This document shows, in pieces, positions 47,755 to 58,315 of a stretch of DNA of 64,000 nt. This DNA is from an uncultured delta proteobacterium (GTDB lineage Bacteria; Desulfobacterota; Desulfuromonadia; Desulfuromonadales; BM103): assembly GCA_963715335.1 (NCBI GenBank), contig CAVQRZ010000012.1, positions 1 to 64,000 of the forward strand. The letters are read 5' to 3'. The notes under the pieces are model-generated. The model did no database searches, had not been told where the DNA came from, and was given only the letters and a program-made list of their open reading frames with translations. Every line of letters begins with the position of its first letter. Positions within the stretch are counted from its first letter, which is position 1. The position numbers and the translations under genes were made by a program.

Positions 47755-49947
47755 TCAGGCAGGTTCCAGCCCGGCGAACTTGACCAGCAGCTTCTTCGGC
47801 CCGAAGCGGTGGAAGTAGACCGTGACCTTCTGGTTGTCACCCTGCCCCTCAACGCGGCGCACGGTGCCGACACCGAACTTGATGTGCCGCACCTGCAGGC
47901 CGATCCGCAAGCCTTCTTCGGCATCGGGGACCATCCTCACTTCGTCATCATCGAAAAACGGGTCTTCGTCGGAGAAGTCGGGCTCGGTCTGGTCAAAGAG
48001 TGAGGCCAGATTGTGGCTGGAGGACTTGCGCAGCCCGTCGGGCGTCTCCCGGCCGATCAGCCGAGCCGGGATTTCGCCGAGGAACCGGCTCGGCGGGTTG
48101 AACTTGAAATCACCGTAAATCCGGCGGCGCCGGGCGTTGGTCAGGTAGAGCTTCTCCATGGCGCGGGTCATGCCGACATAGCAGAGCCGCCGCTCTTCTT
48201 CCAGCTCTTCCTGCGCCCCGCCGGAGCGGCTGTGGGGGAAGATGTCTTCCTCCATCCCGGCCATGAAGACGATCGGGAACTCCAGCCCCTTGGCCGCATG
48301 CAGCGTCATCAGGGTCACCCGGTCGAGGCTCTGGTCGTAGGAGTCAAGATCGGTGATCAGTGCGACCTGCTCCAGGTAGTCCTGCAGGGTGCCCTCGCTG
48401 GCGAGGTGTTCCTCCATTCCCGCCAGCAGCTGTTGCAGGTTGTCCATGCGATTGCGGGCTTCTTCAGTCTTTTCAGCACGCAGTTGAGGGCCGTAGCCGG
48501 TCTCCTCGATCAGCTCCGCGGTCAACTGCGGATAAGACGTATCGACAGCACGCCGCATGAAAGATTCGATCAGCTCGACAAACACCCTGACCTTGCCCGC
48601 CGCCGCGCCGCTTAAAGCCCCGCGCTCAAGCGCCATGCGACAGGCGGCAAGAAAACCGCCGGCGTCATTTTCAAAAGCGGCGACCTTGTTGACGGTCACG
48701 GCACCGATCCCCCTTGGCGGGACGTTGATAACCCGCCGTGCCGAGACCGTGTCGGCCGGGTTGCTGATCAGCCGCAGGTACGCCAGGATGTCCTTGACCT
48801 CCATGCGCAGGTAAAACTTGAGCCCGCCGAACATCACATAGGGGATGCGCTCGTTGCGCAAGGCTTCTTCAAGCACCCGCGATTGGGCGTTGGTCCGGTA
48901 GAACACCGCGATGTCACGCAGATGCCGGCCCTCCCGTTTCAGTCGCGCGATCTCGCCGGCCACGTAGCGGCCCTCCTCTAGATCATCAGGCAGGACTTCC
49001 AGGGTGACCGGGTCACCGTCCGGGTTCTCGGTCCAGAGTTTTTTCACCTTGCGCCCGGCGTTATGGGCAACCACCGCTCCGGCAGCATCGAGGATGGTCT
49101 TGGTCGAACGGTAGTTCTGCTCCAGGCGGATCGTCTCACAGCCCGGATAGTCACGTTCAAAACCGAGGATGTTGCCGACTTCGGCGCCACGCCAGCGATA
49201 GATCGACTGATCGTCGTCGCCGACCACGCAGAGGTTGCCGTGCCCGGAGGCGAGCAGGTCAATCAGCCGGTACTGCACCTGGTTGGTATCCTGGAACTCG
49301 TCGACGAGGACATAGTGGAAGCGCTGGCGGTACTTTTCCAGGACAGCAGGATGCTCTTCTAGCAACCGCACGGTCTGCATCAGCAGGTCGCCGAAGTCAA
49401 GCGCATTGGCCTGTTTCAATCGTTCCTGGTAGAGGGCGTAGATACGGGTAACCTGTTCGGCCTGGGAATCATTGTCTTCGAGCTGCTCCGGCCAAAGCCC
49501 CTTGTTCTTGGCCCGGTCGATCGCCGCGGCCACGGCCCGCGGCTTCAGCTGTTTTTCGTCGATCCCGAGCTCCTGCAGCAGCACCTTGAGCAGGCGTTCC
49601 TGGTCCTGGTCGTCGTAGATGGTGAAGTTGCGGTTAAAGCCCAAGGCCCCGATTTCCTGGCGCAGGATCCGGACACAGGCCGAGTGGAAGGTACTGACCC
49701 AGAGCCCCTGGCTGTCGCCAAGGATTTCTTCCAGGCGTTCCTTCATTTCGCCGGCAGCCTTGTTGGTAAAGGTAACGGCGAGGATCTGCCAGGGGTCAAC
49801 CTTGTACTGCTGGATCAGCCAGGCGATCCGGTGGGTCAGGGCACGGGTCTTGCCGGAGCCGGCGCCGGCCAACAGGAGCAGCGGGCCGGTATCGTGTTTG
49901 ACTGCCAGTTGCTGCATCGGGTTGAGTTTGGCCAACAGGTCTGTCAA
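47755..49947 (-). CDS. pcrA: ATP-dependent DNA helicase PcrA/UvrD
   Basis: AGAGSGKT, TFTNKAA, VDEFQDTN, VGDDDQSIY.WRGA, LEQNYRS, TLHAAKGLEFP, EERRL.YV, C-terminal Tudor-like domain; TTG start abuts the CLC stop. Confidence 0.97.
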   Translation of the reverse strand: MTDLLAKLNPMQQLAVKHDTGPLLLLAGAGSGKTRALTHRIAWLIQQYKVDPWQILAVTFTNKAAGEMKERLEEILGDSQGLWVSTFHSACVRILRQEIGALGFNRNFTIYDDQDQERLLKVLLQELGIDEKQLKPRAVAAAIDRAKNKGLWPEQLEDNDSQAEQVTRIYALYQERLKQANALDFGDLLMQTVRLLEEHPAVLEKYRQRFHYVLVDEFQDTNQVQYRLIDLLASGHGNLCVVGDDDQSIYRWRGAEVGNILGFERDYPGCETIRLEQNYRSTKTILDAAGAVVAHNAGRKVKKLWTENPDGDPVTLEVLPDDLEEGRYVAGEIARLKREGRHLRDIAVFYRTNAQSRVLEEALRNERIPYVMFGGLKFYLRMEVKDILAYLRLISNPADTVSARRVINVPPRGIGAVTVNKVAAFENDAGGFLAACRMALERGALSGAAAGKVRVFVELIESFMRRAVDTSYPQLTAELIEETGYGPQLRAEKTEEARNRMDNLQQLLAGMEEHLASEGTLQDYLEQVALITDLDSYDQSLDRVTLMTLHAAKGLEFPIVFMAGMEEDIFPHSRSGGAQEELEEERRLCYVGMTRAMEKLYLTNARRRRIYGDFKFNPPSRFLGEIPARLIGRETPDGLRKSSSHNLASLFDQTEPDFSDEDPFFDDDEVRMVPDAEEGLRIGLQVRHIKFGVGTVRRVEGQGDNQKVTVYFHRFGPKKLLVKFAGLEPA

Positions 49948-51759
49948 CTACTTGTCCTCGAGAGTCCGGGACATCAGCGCCCGGTTGTATGCAGCAACGA
50001 TATCCCGACGGGAAATGATGCCGACCAGTTTGCGATGGGTCTCGCGATCAACGACCGGCAGCTGTTCGATGTTGCGGTAGCCGATCTTGCGCATGGTCTG
50101 GTCAAGGTCTTCGTCGGCGTGAACCGTTATGACGTCGGCGGTTGCCAGCTCCTTGACCACGACCAGGTCCATTAGTTCCCGCTCGAAAACCACACCCATG
50201 AAGTCCTGTACCGAGATGATCCCGGTCAGTTCATTCTGCGCATTGACCAGCGGAAAGTTGGTGTGCTGGGTCCTTTCGATAAAACGGGCGAACTGGCCAA
50301 GGGTCATATGTTCCGGAATGGTCTCCACATCACGCTCCATGACATCGCCGACCAGCAACGACTTCATAATGTTGCGTTCCTTGCCGGCTTCAAGATCGAT
50401 CCCGGCCCGGGCCAGTTCAAAGGTTTCGAGACTCTCCTTCTTGAAATGACGCGCCACGGCCGTACCGATGACGCAGGTCAACATAATCGGCACGATAACT
50501 TCGTAGCTGTCGGTAATTTCAAAAAGCAGGAAGATCGCAGTCATCGGGGCATGCGTGGCAGCGGCGAGGAAAGCCCCCATACCGACCAGCGCATAGGCTC
50601 CGGGAGCGATGTAGACCTGGGGCAGGATTTTAGCGGCCACTTGCCCGAAAAACCCGCCGATGACCGCGCCGAGATAGAGACAAGGGGCGAACAATCCTCC
50701 CGGCATGCCTGAACCAAGGGTGATGGATGTCGCGACCGCCTTGGCCACCACCAGGGCACCCAGCAGGTACCAGGCCGGCTGGTGCATCAACTGGTCACCC
50801 ATCAGGACCGTCTCGACAAACTCGTAGCCATTACCGAACACCTGGGGAAAGAGAAAACCGATCACGCCCACCAACAAGCCGCCGAAGAGAGGCTTGGCCA
50901 GCCTGGGTATCGACAGCGCGACGAAACGATCCTTGATCCGGTAATGAATTTCGATGAACAGTGCCGCCAGGGCGCCGACCAGCAGGCCGAGGATGACGTA
51001 GAGACCGATCTCCCAGTAGTGCTGCACCAGGTAGAGTGGCGCAGTGATCTCCGAGTGATTGCCGAGCAGCGCTCGCGAAACCACGGTGGCCATACCGCTG
51101 GCAATCACGATCGAGGTAAAGCTCGAGAGGTCGAAAGCCGCAAGCAGGACTATTTCCTGGGCGAAGAAGACCCCGGCAATCGGCGCGTTAAAGGTCGCAG
51201 CGACACCGGCAGCGGCACCGCAGGCGACCAGGACCTTGAGGCGGTCGCCGCTCATTTTGAAGAGTTGACCGAACTGGGAGCCGATCGCTCCGCCGATCAT
51301 GGCGATCGGACCCTCCTGCCCGGCCGAACCGCCGGCACCGATGGTAATCGCCGAACCGAAACCGCGGGTGAAAATCGGTCGCATCCGCAGCTTCGCGCCG
51401 CGCAGGTTGACCCGCTCGAGGAAGGCCGAGAACCCCCCCTTGAGATCCTCTCCGAACCAGTACCAGAGCGGGATGACCAGCAGGCCGCCGATAATCGGGC
51501 ATAACACTACGGCCAGCCTGGCCAGGCTCCACTCCTGCAAAGAGTAGCCGAACAGCTGCTCACTCTGTTCAAACACCGCCCAACGCACGAATTCGATCGT
51601 CTTGCGGAACGCGTAATTGCCCAGGCCGCCGAGCAGACCGATAATCACCGCGAGGATGACCAGGAAGGTGTTCTCGCTGAGGCGGAAGCTGCCCTGCAGG
51701 GTCGTCAGGAATCGACGGAGCGCCACGGCAAGGGGATTAAGTGAGGTAAGAATTGACAC
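49948..51759 (-). CDS. CLC family chloride channel/antiporter with CBS pair
   Basis: GSAGQEGP, ATFNAPIAG, GGLFAP, two C-terminal CBS domains; GTG 51759 with AGGAAG upstream preferred over the track's start. Confidence 0.92.
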   Translation of the reverse strand: MSILTSLNPLAVALRRFLTTLQGSFRLSENTFLVILAVIIGLLGGLGNYAFRKTIEFVRWAVFEQSEQLFGYSLQEWSLARLAVVLCPIIGGLLVIPLWYWFGEDLKGGFSAFLERVNLRGAKLRMRPIFTRGFGSAITIGAGGSAGQEGPIAMIGGAIGSQFGQLFKMSGDRLKVLVACGAAAGVAATFNAPIAGVFFAQEIVLLAAFDLSSFTSIVIASGMATVVSRALLGNHSEITAPLYLVQHYWEIGLYVILGLLVGALAALFIEIHYRIKDRFVALSIPRLAKPLFGGLLVGVIGFLFPQVFGNGYEFVETVLMGDQLMHQPAWYLLGALVVAKAVATSITLGSGMPGGLFAPCLYLGAVIGGFFGQVAAKILPQVYIAPGAYALVGMGAFLAAATHAPMTAIFLLFEITDSYEVIVPIMLTCVIGTAVARHFKKESLETFELARAGIDLEAGKERNIMKSLLVGDVMERDVETIPEHMTLGQFARFIERTQHTNFPLVNAQNELTGIISVQDFMGVVFERELMDLVVVKELATADVITVHADEDLDQTMRKIGYRNIEQLPVVDRETHRKLVGIISRRDIVAAYNRALMSRTLEDK

Positions 51760-51989
51760 GCGACTTCCTGTTCTCTGTTGCCAATACAACGGTTCCGGTG
51801 CCGACGCGAAAGCGCCGAGACAACCAGGGCTTACTTCCGGAGCAATGCAAGGCATCGACAGACAGTCGCTTTCTGGTGCACAAGCAGAACGGCCGGGGGG
51901 TTGATAATAGTTTTTATCGATACGTCTGGCAACACCGTTTATTCCAATTATGAGGTAGACAGCCAACTATCCATCTTGCTTCTTGAATG

Positions 51990-52022
51990 AAAAAGCCCCA
52001 TGACACAAAAGGTCATGGGGCT
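51990..52022 (-). terminator. Intrinsic terminator
   Basis: AGCCCCATGAC/GTCATGGGGCT stem with a U-tract on the minus strand. Confidence 0.75.
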
Positions 52023-52135
52023 CAAGACGGTTCTTTTGTCCGGAGTCATTTCAGTAAGCAGTGCGCAAATAAATACACATATATTGTTTAAGCAGGGCTT
52101 CCAGCAACAGGCCGCGGGGTCGCTTGCCGTACTGT

Positions 52136-52771
52136 TCAGAGCAACCCGTTATCCTTGAGGTCTTTGGTAACGACCGCGATAAAGTCTTTGATAAGCGCAT
52201 CCAGGTTGGTCTCGACCACGGTCTCCAACTGTGCCGACCAGATCAATTCCCCGCTGGCCGCACTGTAAAGATTGGCCTCGATCGTAATGATCTGGTATTC
52301 GCTCACGGTGGCCGGCATGTAGACAACATCATAACTGCGTGAATAGTAGCCGCCATAGTTGCGATAGTAGGGGTCTGGATAATAACCCCGACCGCCGTAG
52401 GCGGGACCTGCAACGTAACCCGGGTTGACAACCTGTTCGGTACGTTTGCCGACCGCACGGGTCATCAGGACCGAATCTGCACCGTTCGCCTTGATCCTGG
52501 CGGCGATCAAGTCCTGGTTGGTCTCTTCATTCATCTTCAGATCACCGTAGCTCGAGATCCCGATCGCCCCGAACTTGGCCAATTGCTCGCGGAATTCGTC
52601 TTCGAAGATGCGCCGGGTGGTCTCCTGCTTGGCGATACCTACGACATAGACCTTTTCGACCTTGCCGTTAAAATCAGGATTTTTCCAGGAGCCTGTGATC
52701 ATGGTGCTGGAACATGCACTCAGGACGATTCCTGTAGCAACCAGGGCCAGTAAAGCAATGCGGTTAATCAT
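52136..52771 (-). CDS. Lipoprotein (DUF4136-like)
   Basis: Lipobox LSAC; SWKNP, RRIFED, GADSVL, Tyr/Gly-rich loop, LY.....LIWSA. Confidence 0.8.
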   Translation of the reverse strand: MINRIALLALVATGIVLSACSSTMITGSWKNPDFNGKVEKVYVVGIAKQETTRRIFEDEFREQLAKFGAIGISSYGDLKMNEETNQDLIAARIKANGADSVLMTRAVGKRTEQVVNPGYVAGPAYGGRGYYPDPYYRNYGGYYSRSYDVVYMPATVSEYQIITIEANLYSAASGELIWSAQLETVVETNLDALIKDFIAVVTKDLKDNGLL

Positions 52772-53045
52772 CAGATAGCACTCACTTTCAATAAAAAAAT
52801 TTTGTCTGTAATTCTAGCTTATTATTCCGAATTTTCCAGTCCGTCACCACTCCAGGTCTTTACTGTCCCCTGCTAAGGGTCGATACAGCACGAATCGACC
52901 GGCAAATCCGGCTTTACGGTTGCGCAGGCCGTTGCGGTTTGATAGCTTTAACACTGGTCTTCTGGCATGAGCCGTGGCGTTAAAACCCTTCCCTGCCCCT
53001 TACGATCAGTCCGGTCTTGGCAACAGGGCCTTTGGAGGAGAGATC

Positions 53046-54299
53046 ATGAGATCCGCGTTTATGGGCTTTCTGGAGAGAGATTCTTCGGTCGGAGTCCTGT
53101 TGATGATCGCCACCGGCCTGGCGATGCTGTTTGCCAACACACAACTTGAGGGTGTCTACAACTATTTCCTGGACACCCCTGTTGAAGTCCGCCTGGGACG
53201 TAATCTCCACATCGCCAAGCCCCTGCTGCTCTGGATCAACGACGGCCTGATGGCGATCTTCTTCCTGTTGATCGGCCTCGAGGTCAAGCGTGAAGTATTG
53301 GTCGGGCAACTTTCCAGCCGTGCGCAGATCGCCTTGCCGGGAATCGCAGCGATCGGCGGCATGCTGGCGCCGGCGGCCATCTACGCCACGATCAACGCGG
53401 GCGACAGTACGGCTCTCAACGGCTGGGCGATTCCGGCCGCAACAGACATCGCTTTTGCCCTGGGAATCCTGGCCCTGGCTGGTGACCGGGTCCCTGCCTC
53501 GCTGAAGATTTTCCTGCTCGCTCTGGCAATCATGGATGACCTTGGCGCCATCGTCATCATCGCCCTCTTCTATTCAGGGGACCTCTCCGACAGCATGCTA
53601 ATGCTGGCAGCGATCTGTCTGGTGGCGCTGGTGATCCTGAACCGACTGAAGGTCATGAATATCACACCCTACATGTGGGTCGGCGCCCTGCTCTGGATCT
53701 TTGTCCTCAAGTCGGGAGTACATGCCACCCTGGCAGGTGTGGCTCTGGCCTTTGCGATCCCTTTGAAGAACCACGATGACCCGGATCACTCCCCTCTCGA
53801 ATATCTCGAACACGAGCTGCATCCCTGGGTCAACTTCCTGATTTTACCGGTTTTTGCCTTTGCCAACGCCGGGATCCCCTTCGCCGACATGTCGTTCGGT
53901 GACCTGTTCCACGCCGTGCCGCTGGGAATCATGCTCGGCCTGGTGGTCGGTAAACTGGTCGGTGTTTACGGTTTCTCCATGGCGGCCATCAAGCTGGGGC
54001 TGGCGCAAATGCCCAGAGGGGCGACCAGCCAACATCTGCTCGGCGTCGCTGTCCTCTGCGGGATCGGCTTCACGATGAGCCTGTTCATCGGCGGTTTGGC
54101 CTTCGAGCATACCGGCGGTGATGCAGAGACCTATCTCCTCACCCATCGCATGGGTATTCTTGCCGGCTCCCTGATCGCCGGGATCGCCGGCTACCTGATC
54201 CTCAAACTGGCCCGGCCTGCTGTTGCGGAGCAGAACATTGCGACAGAGCCGGACCATCAGCACCCGGCAACCGGGGCGGACTCTGCGGCCTCGCCATGA
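53046..54299 (+). CDS. nhaA: Na+/H+ antiporter NhaA
   Basis: WINDGLMAIFF..IGLEVKRE, GWAIPAATDIAF, LAIMDDLGA, KSGVHAT, GIGFTMSLFI; RBS GGAGGAG before ATG 53046. Confidence 0.96.
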   Translation: MRSAFMGFLERDSSVGVLLMIATGLAMLFANTQLEGVYNYFLDTPVEVRLGRNLHIAKPLLLWINDGLMAIFFLLIGLEVKREVLVGQLSSRAQIALPGIAAIGGMLAPAAIYATINAGDSTALNGWAIPAATDIAFALGILALAGDRVPASLKIFLLALAIMDDLGAIVIIALFYSGDLSDSMLMLAAICLVALVILNRLKVMNITPYMWVGALLWIFVLKSGVHATLAGVALAFAIPLKNHDDPDHSPLEYLEHELHPWVNFLILPVFAFANAGIPFADMSFGDLFHAVPLGIMLGLVVGKLVGVYGFSMAAIKLGLAQMPRGATSQHLLGVAVLCGIGFTMSLFIGGLAFEHTGGDAETYLLTHRMGILAGSLIAGIAGYLILKLARPAVAEQNIATEPDHQHPATGADSAASP

Positions 54300-54360
54300 A
54301 CTGCAAACATTGCATAACACATCAACCGGGTTTTTACTCGACGACCACAAGGAGCCCAAT

Positions 54361-55317
54361 GTGAAAAACGCCTTACGCATCGGCCTCATAATCCTGTTGA
54401 CATCAGGGTTTGCCGTCGGCCCAGTCCACGCGGTTGATTTGCGCCTGATGACCGGCGACGAACAGGGCACTTATTACCAGATCGGCCGGGAGATCGCACG
54501 GGAGACTGAAAAAGTCGGAGTCAACCTCCAGGTTCTGCCGTCAGCCGGGTCCTGGGCCAACATCATCGCCCTGTTCAACAGCGACACCGAATTTGCAATC
54601 TTCCAGTTGGACGCCTACATTAAGGCAGCCCGCAACCTCTACCAGAATACAAACCTGGATATCCGCGATGAAATCAAGGTGGTGATGCCCCTCTACCATG
54701 AGGAAATCCACATCATCAAAAACAAGGAGAGGGTTCTCGATTTTGCTACGCAAGAGAAGTTTGTGGTCGGGTGCGGGCCGGAGAACAGTGGCTCCTGCCT
54801 GTCCGCCGATGTCATCGCGGAGTTTTACGGCAAGCAATTCACCTACGTCCACAACAGCTATGAGCAGGCTCTTGCCGACCTCAAGGCCGGCACACTCGAC
54901 CTGGTGGTGATTACTGCCGGCAAGCCATACAAGCTTTTGACCGGGCAGACCGGCCTCGACCTGGTCTCGCTACCGCGCACCAGAAAAGCAGCAGAATTCT
55001 ACCTTTACACGACCATCAGCCAGGAAGACTATGCCTGGCTGGAGCAACCCGTCGAGACTTACGGAGTCCGCTCGGTGTTGGCAACCATGATCCAGGAACA
55101 GGAAGGCCTGGCTAACGATCTGGTCGGCGCCGTGCATTTCACCATACTGATCAACGAGGACCACCTGAAAAAGGCTGGTCACCCGAAATGGCATGAGGTG
55201 TTTTTCCGGGCATACAACGAGAAGACCTCTCATGCCGCCGTTATCAATTCGCTCGGCGCATACAATGTGATCAAAAGCTACGGCTACAACGGCCGCAACC
55301 TGGCAATCGGGGATTAA
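54361..55317 (+). CDS. TAXI-family TRAP solute-binding protein
   Basis: Signal peptide; TG...GTYYQIG, SAGS.ANI, Q.D, PLY.EEIH, G...SGS; RBS AAGGAG before GTG. Confidence 0.8.
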   Translation: MKNALRIGLIILLTSGFAVGPVHAVDLRLMTGDEQGTYYQIGREIARETEKVGVNLQVLPSAGSWANIIALFNSDTEFAIFQLDAYIKAARNLYQNTNLDIRDEIKVVMPLYHEEIHIIKNKERVLDFATQEKFVVGCGPENSGSCLSADVIAEFYGKQFTYVHNSYEQALADLKAGTLDLVVITAGKPYKLLTGQTGLDLVSLPRTRKAAEFYLYTTISQEDYAWLEQPVETYGVRSVLATMIQEQEGLANDLVGAVHFTILINEDHLKKAGHPKWHEVFFRAYNEKTSHAAVINSLGAYNVIKSYGYNGRNLAIGD

Positions 55318-55365
55318 GCCCGGGCCACAATAATTGTTTGTTGTGACAGCCATTTCAGCATATTA

Positions 55366-56010
55366 TTGGATCAGGCTTGTATCCTCACCCTCAAACGGAT
55401 CGATCGCGAGATGCATCAGATTGCCTGCCACGAATGTGACCTGATCCACGATATCCCGCCGATGCCGGCACGGGCGACAGCGCGCTGCGTACGCTGCGAC
55501 GCGGTGCTGTTCCGGGCCCAACCCAACAGCATCGACCGCACTCTGGCTTGGACCATTGCCGGGTTGGTGCTTTATGTTGTCGCAGTCAGCTTCCCGTTCC
55601 TGGCCATGAAGAATGGTCCGATCTTCAATGAAACGGGACTCCTCACCGGGATCCAGCTCCTTTACGATCAGGGGATCATACCGCTCGCGACTCTGGTCTT
55701 TCTGACTTGCGTTCTGATCCCGCTGATCCAGATGCTCGGTCTTCTCTACATATTCATTCCCTTGAAGCTGGATGTCCGGGCTCGATATGCAATACCCGTC
55801 TTTCGTCTCTTTAAACATGTCAAGCCGTGGAGCATGATGGAGATCTACATGCTCGGCATCCTGGTCTCGATCGTCAAGCTGGGGAAGATGGCAACCATCA
55901 TACCCGGTCTGGCTGTCATCGCTTTCGGCCTGTTGATCTTTGTCCTGAATTTCGCCCTTGCTTCAGTTGATTCGCATATGGTCTGGGAAAAATTGGAGGG
56001 GGGGACATGA
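55366..56010 (+). CDS. pqiA: Paraquat-inducible protein A (N-terminal half)
   Basis: CHECD...CVRC, PWSMMEIY.LG..VS..KL; start uncertain (55366 TTG or 55411 ATG). Confidence 0.9.
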   Translation: MDQACILTLKRIDREMHQIACHECDLIHDIPPMPARATARCVRCDAVLFRAQPNSIDRTLAWTIAGLVLYVVAVSFPFLAMKNGPIFNETGLLTGIQLLYDQGIIPLATLVFLTCVLIPLIQMLGLLYIFIPLKLDVRARYAIPVFRLFKHVKPWSMMEIYMLGILVSIVKLGKMATIIPGLAVIAFGLLIFVLNFALASVDSHMVWEKLEGGT

Positions 56011-56645
56011 CCACGACGCACTCCTCAGCCCGGCAGCTCGGCCTGATCAGTTGCCATGCCTGCCACCTGCTCAACCGCAAGGCAAAAACATCCGTGCATG
56101 AAGTTGCCTGTTGCTCACGCTGCGGCGAAGAATTGCATCAACGCAAGCCGAACAGTCTCATGCGGACCTGGGCACTGGTGATTGCGGCCATGGTTTTCTA
56201 CATTCCGGCGAACGTCCTGCCGATGACGATCACTTCAGCTCTGGGCACGGTGCAGGCCGACACCATTATGAGCGGCGTGATCTACTTCATGCAACACGGC
56301 TCCTGGGAAATCGCCCTGATCATATTCACCGCGAGCATCTTTGTCCCGTTCCTGAAATTTATCATCCTGATCTACCTGCTGCTTTCCATACATTTCAAAT
56401 CGATCAAACGACCCAGAGATCGCACCAGGCTATATCGATTCACGGAAGCGATCGGTCGCTGGTCGATGCTCGACATCTATGTTGTGACCATCCTGGTTGC
56501 CCTGGTCAAACTCGGTTTCCTGGCGGATATCGAAGCCGGCCCGGCAGCCCTTTATTTTGCTTTGGTCGTTGTGACGACCATGATCGCCGCGGAGAGTTTT
56601 GACCCGCGATTGATCTGGGACGTTGTGGAGGAAAAACATGAGTGA
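56007..56645 (+). CDS. pqiA: Paraquat-inducible protein A (C-terminal half)
   Basis: CHAC...CSRC, RKPNSL.RTWAL, PANVLP, GRWSMLD, FDPRLIWD. Confidence 0.92.
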   Translation: MTTTHSSARQLGLISCHACHLLNRKAKTSVHEVACCSRCGEELHQRKPNSLMRTWALVIAAMVFYIPANVLPMTITSALGTVQADTIMSGVIYFMQHGSWEIALIIFTASIFVPFLKFIILIYLLLSIHFKSIKRPRDRTRLYRFTEAIGRWSMLDIYVVTILVALVKLGFLADIEAGPAALYFALVVVTTMIAAESFDPRLIWDVVEEKHE

Positions 56646-58315
56646 AGGAAACTCCGAAAGGAAGCATGCCGAACAGGCCCCGGAAGCCGTGGTGCAAACC
56701 AAGCGCAGCTTCTCGATTATCTGGGTGGTGCCGATCATTGCCCTGCTGATCGGTGGCTGGCTGACGTTCAAGGCGATGACGGAAAAGGGACCGGTCATCA
56801 CCATCACCTTCGAGACTGCCGAAGGGCTTGAGGCTGGCAAGACCAAGATCAAGTTCAAGGACGTTGAGGTCGGCAAGGTTACGGATATTACCCTGAATGC
56901 AGACCGCTCGAACGTTGTTGTCAGCGTAGAGATGACTCCAGACGCCAAGCCTTACCTGACCGAAAAGACCCAGTTCTGGGTAGTTCGCGCTACAGTCGCC
57001 GCCGGTAAGATTTCCGGATTGGGTACTTTGCTTTCCGGAGCTTATATAGGTATCAATCCGTCATCTGAAGGCGAGAAGACAAGGCGCTTCAAAGGGCTGG
57101 AAAAGCCCCCGGTACTGACCGAAAAACTGCCTGGACAACATTATACTCTGGAAGCCCACAGTCTTGATTCCCTCGACATCGGTTCACCGGTTTACTACCG
57201 TGGCATCAAGGTCGGCCAGGTGGTCGAATATCACTTCAACGAAGACGCTGAGTCGGTGTTGATTAAAGTGTTCGTCAATGCACCGTACCATGAGAAAGTA
57301 CGACAGAATACCCGGTTCTGGAATGCCAGCGGCATTGACATGACCATGGACGCTACCGGCATTAAGCTGAACACCCAATCGCTGGTCTCAATCATGCTCG
57401 GGGGGGTGGCTTTTGACCTGCGTCAGCACGATCCCCCCGGGGAAGCGGCCAAGAAAAACCATAAGTTTATGCTCTATCCAGACCAGGAGAGCAGCAAGCA
57501 GGAATCCTACGAGATCAAACGCTACTACGCGATGTATTTCGACCAGAGCGTGCGCGGCCTCTCACCCGGAGCGCCTGTGGAGATCAAGGGTATCCAGGTT
57601 GGCGAGGTCGTCAGTGTCAAACTGCAATTCGATCAGAGCACGCTGGATTTCCGTATCCCGGTCGTGATCGCTCTTGAACCGGAACGTCTGGATGTCGTGG
57701 TCACGGAAACCGGAGAGGTTGTAACAGGCGAGGCAAAGGAAGATGTCCTCGAAGAGGAAACGAGCCATACATACTGATCTGGATACTCGCACCCAAAAAC
57801 TTATCGAAAAAGGCTTCCGTGGCCAATTAAAGACCGGCAACCTGTTGACCGGCCAGTTGTACGTCGACCTTGACTTCTACCCCGATGCAGCTCCGGCCAC
57901 GCTCGAGAAGGTTGATGGGTACACGGTCTTCCCGACCATCTCGGCACCTTTGGAGCAGATCGTCCAGAAGGTTAACAACATCCTTAAAAAAGTGGAGCAG
58001 GTCCCCTTTGGCAAGATCGGCCAGGAACTGCAAGGGGCTATTGCTGAACTCACGACGACCCTGGAAGAGATCAAAGGCATCTCGGGGAAAGTCAACGAAG
58101 AGACCATCCCGAAGGTCAATGCTTCGCTTGAGCAACTCCAGGAGACCTTGAACGGTATCGAGTCAACCCTTGGACCGGATTCCGCACTGAACTACAACGC
58201 TCGCCAGGTGACCAGTGAGCTGGCACTGGCGATCAGGTCGATCCGGTCCTTGCTGGAGTACCTGGAACGTGACCCGCAGGCTTTGATTCTCGGTAAGGAG
58301 GGAGACAAGAAATGA
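56638..58315 (+). pseudogene. pqiB: PqiB (3 MCE domains), split by a +1 frameshift near 57755-57775
   Basis: ORF1 ends ...EEETSHTY* in the middle of MCE3; the next frame continues ..QKLIEKGFRGQLKTGNLLTGQLYV...YLERDPQALILG. Confidence 0.85.

Noticed and set aside
51760..51966. Extended CLC N-terminus or ncRNA (GAAA tetraloop CGCGAAAGCG; SRP or c-di-GMP riboswitch)
   Set aside because: The extension is not CLC-like, and the SRP and GEMM core motifs are not present; left as unexplained intergenic sequence.
52860..53045. nhaA-associated Na+/Li+ riboswitch
   Set aside because: No consensus I can recognise; context alone is insufficient.
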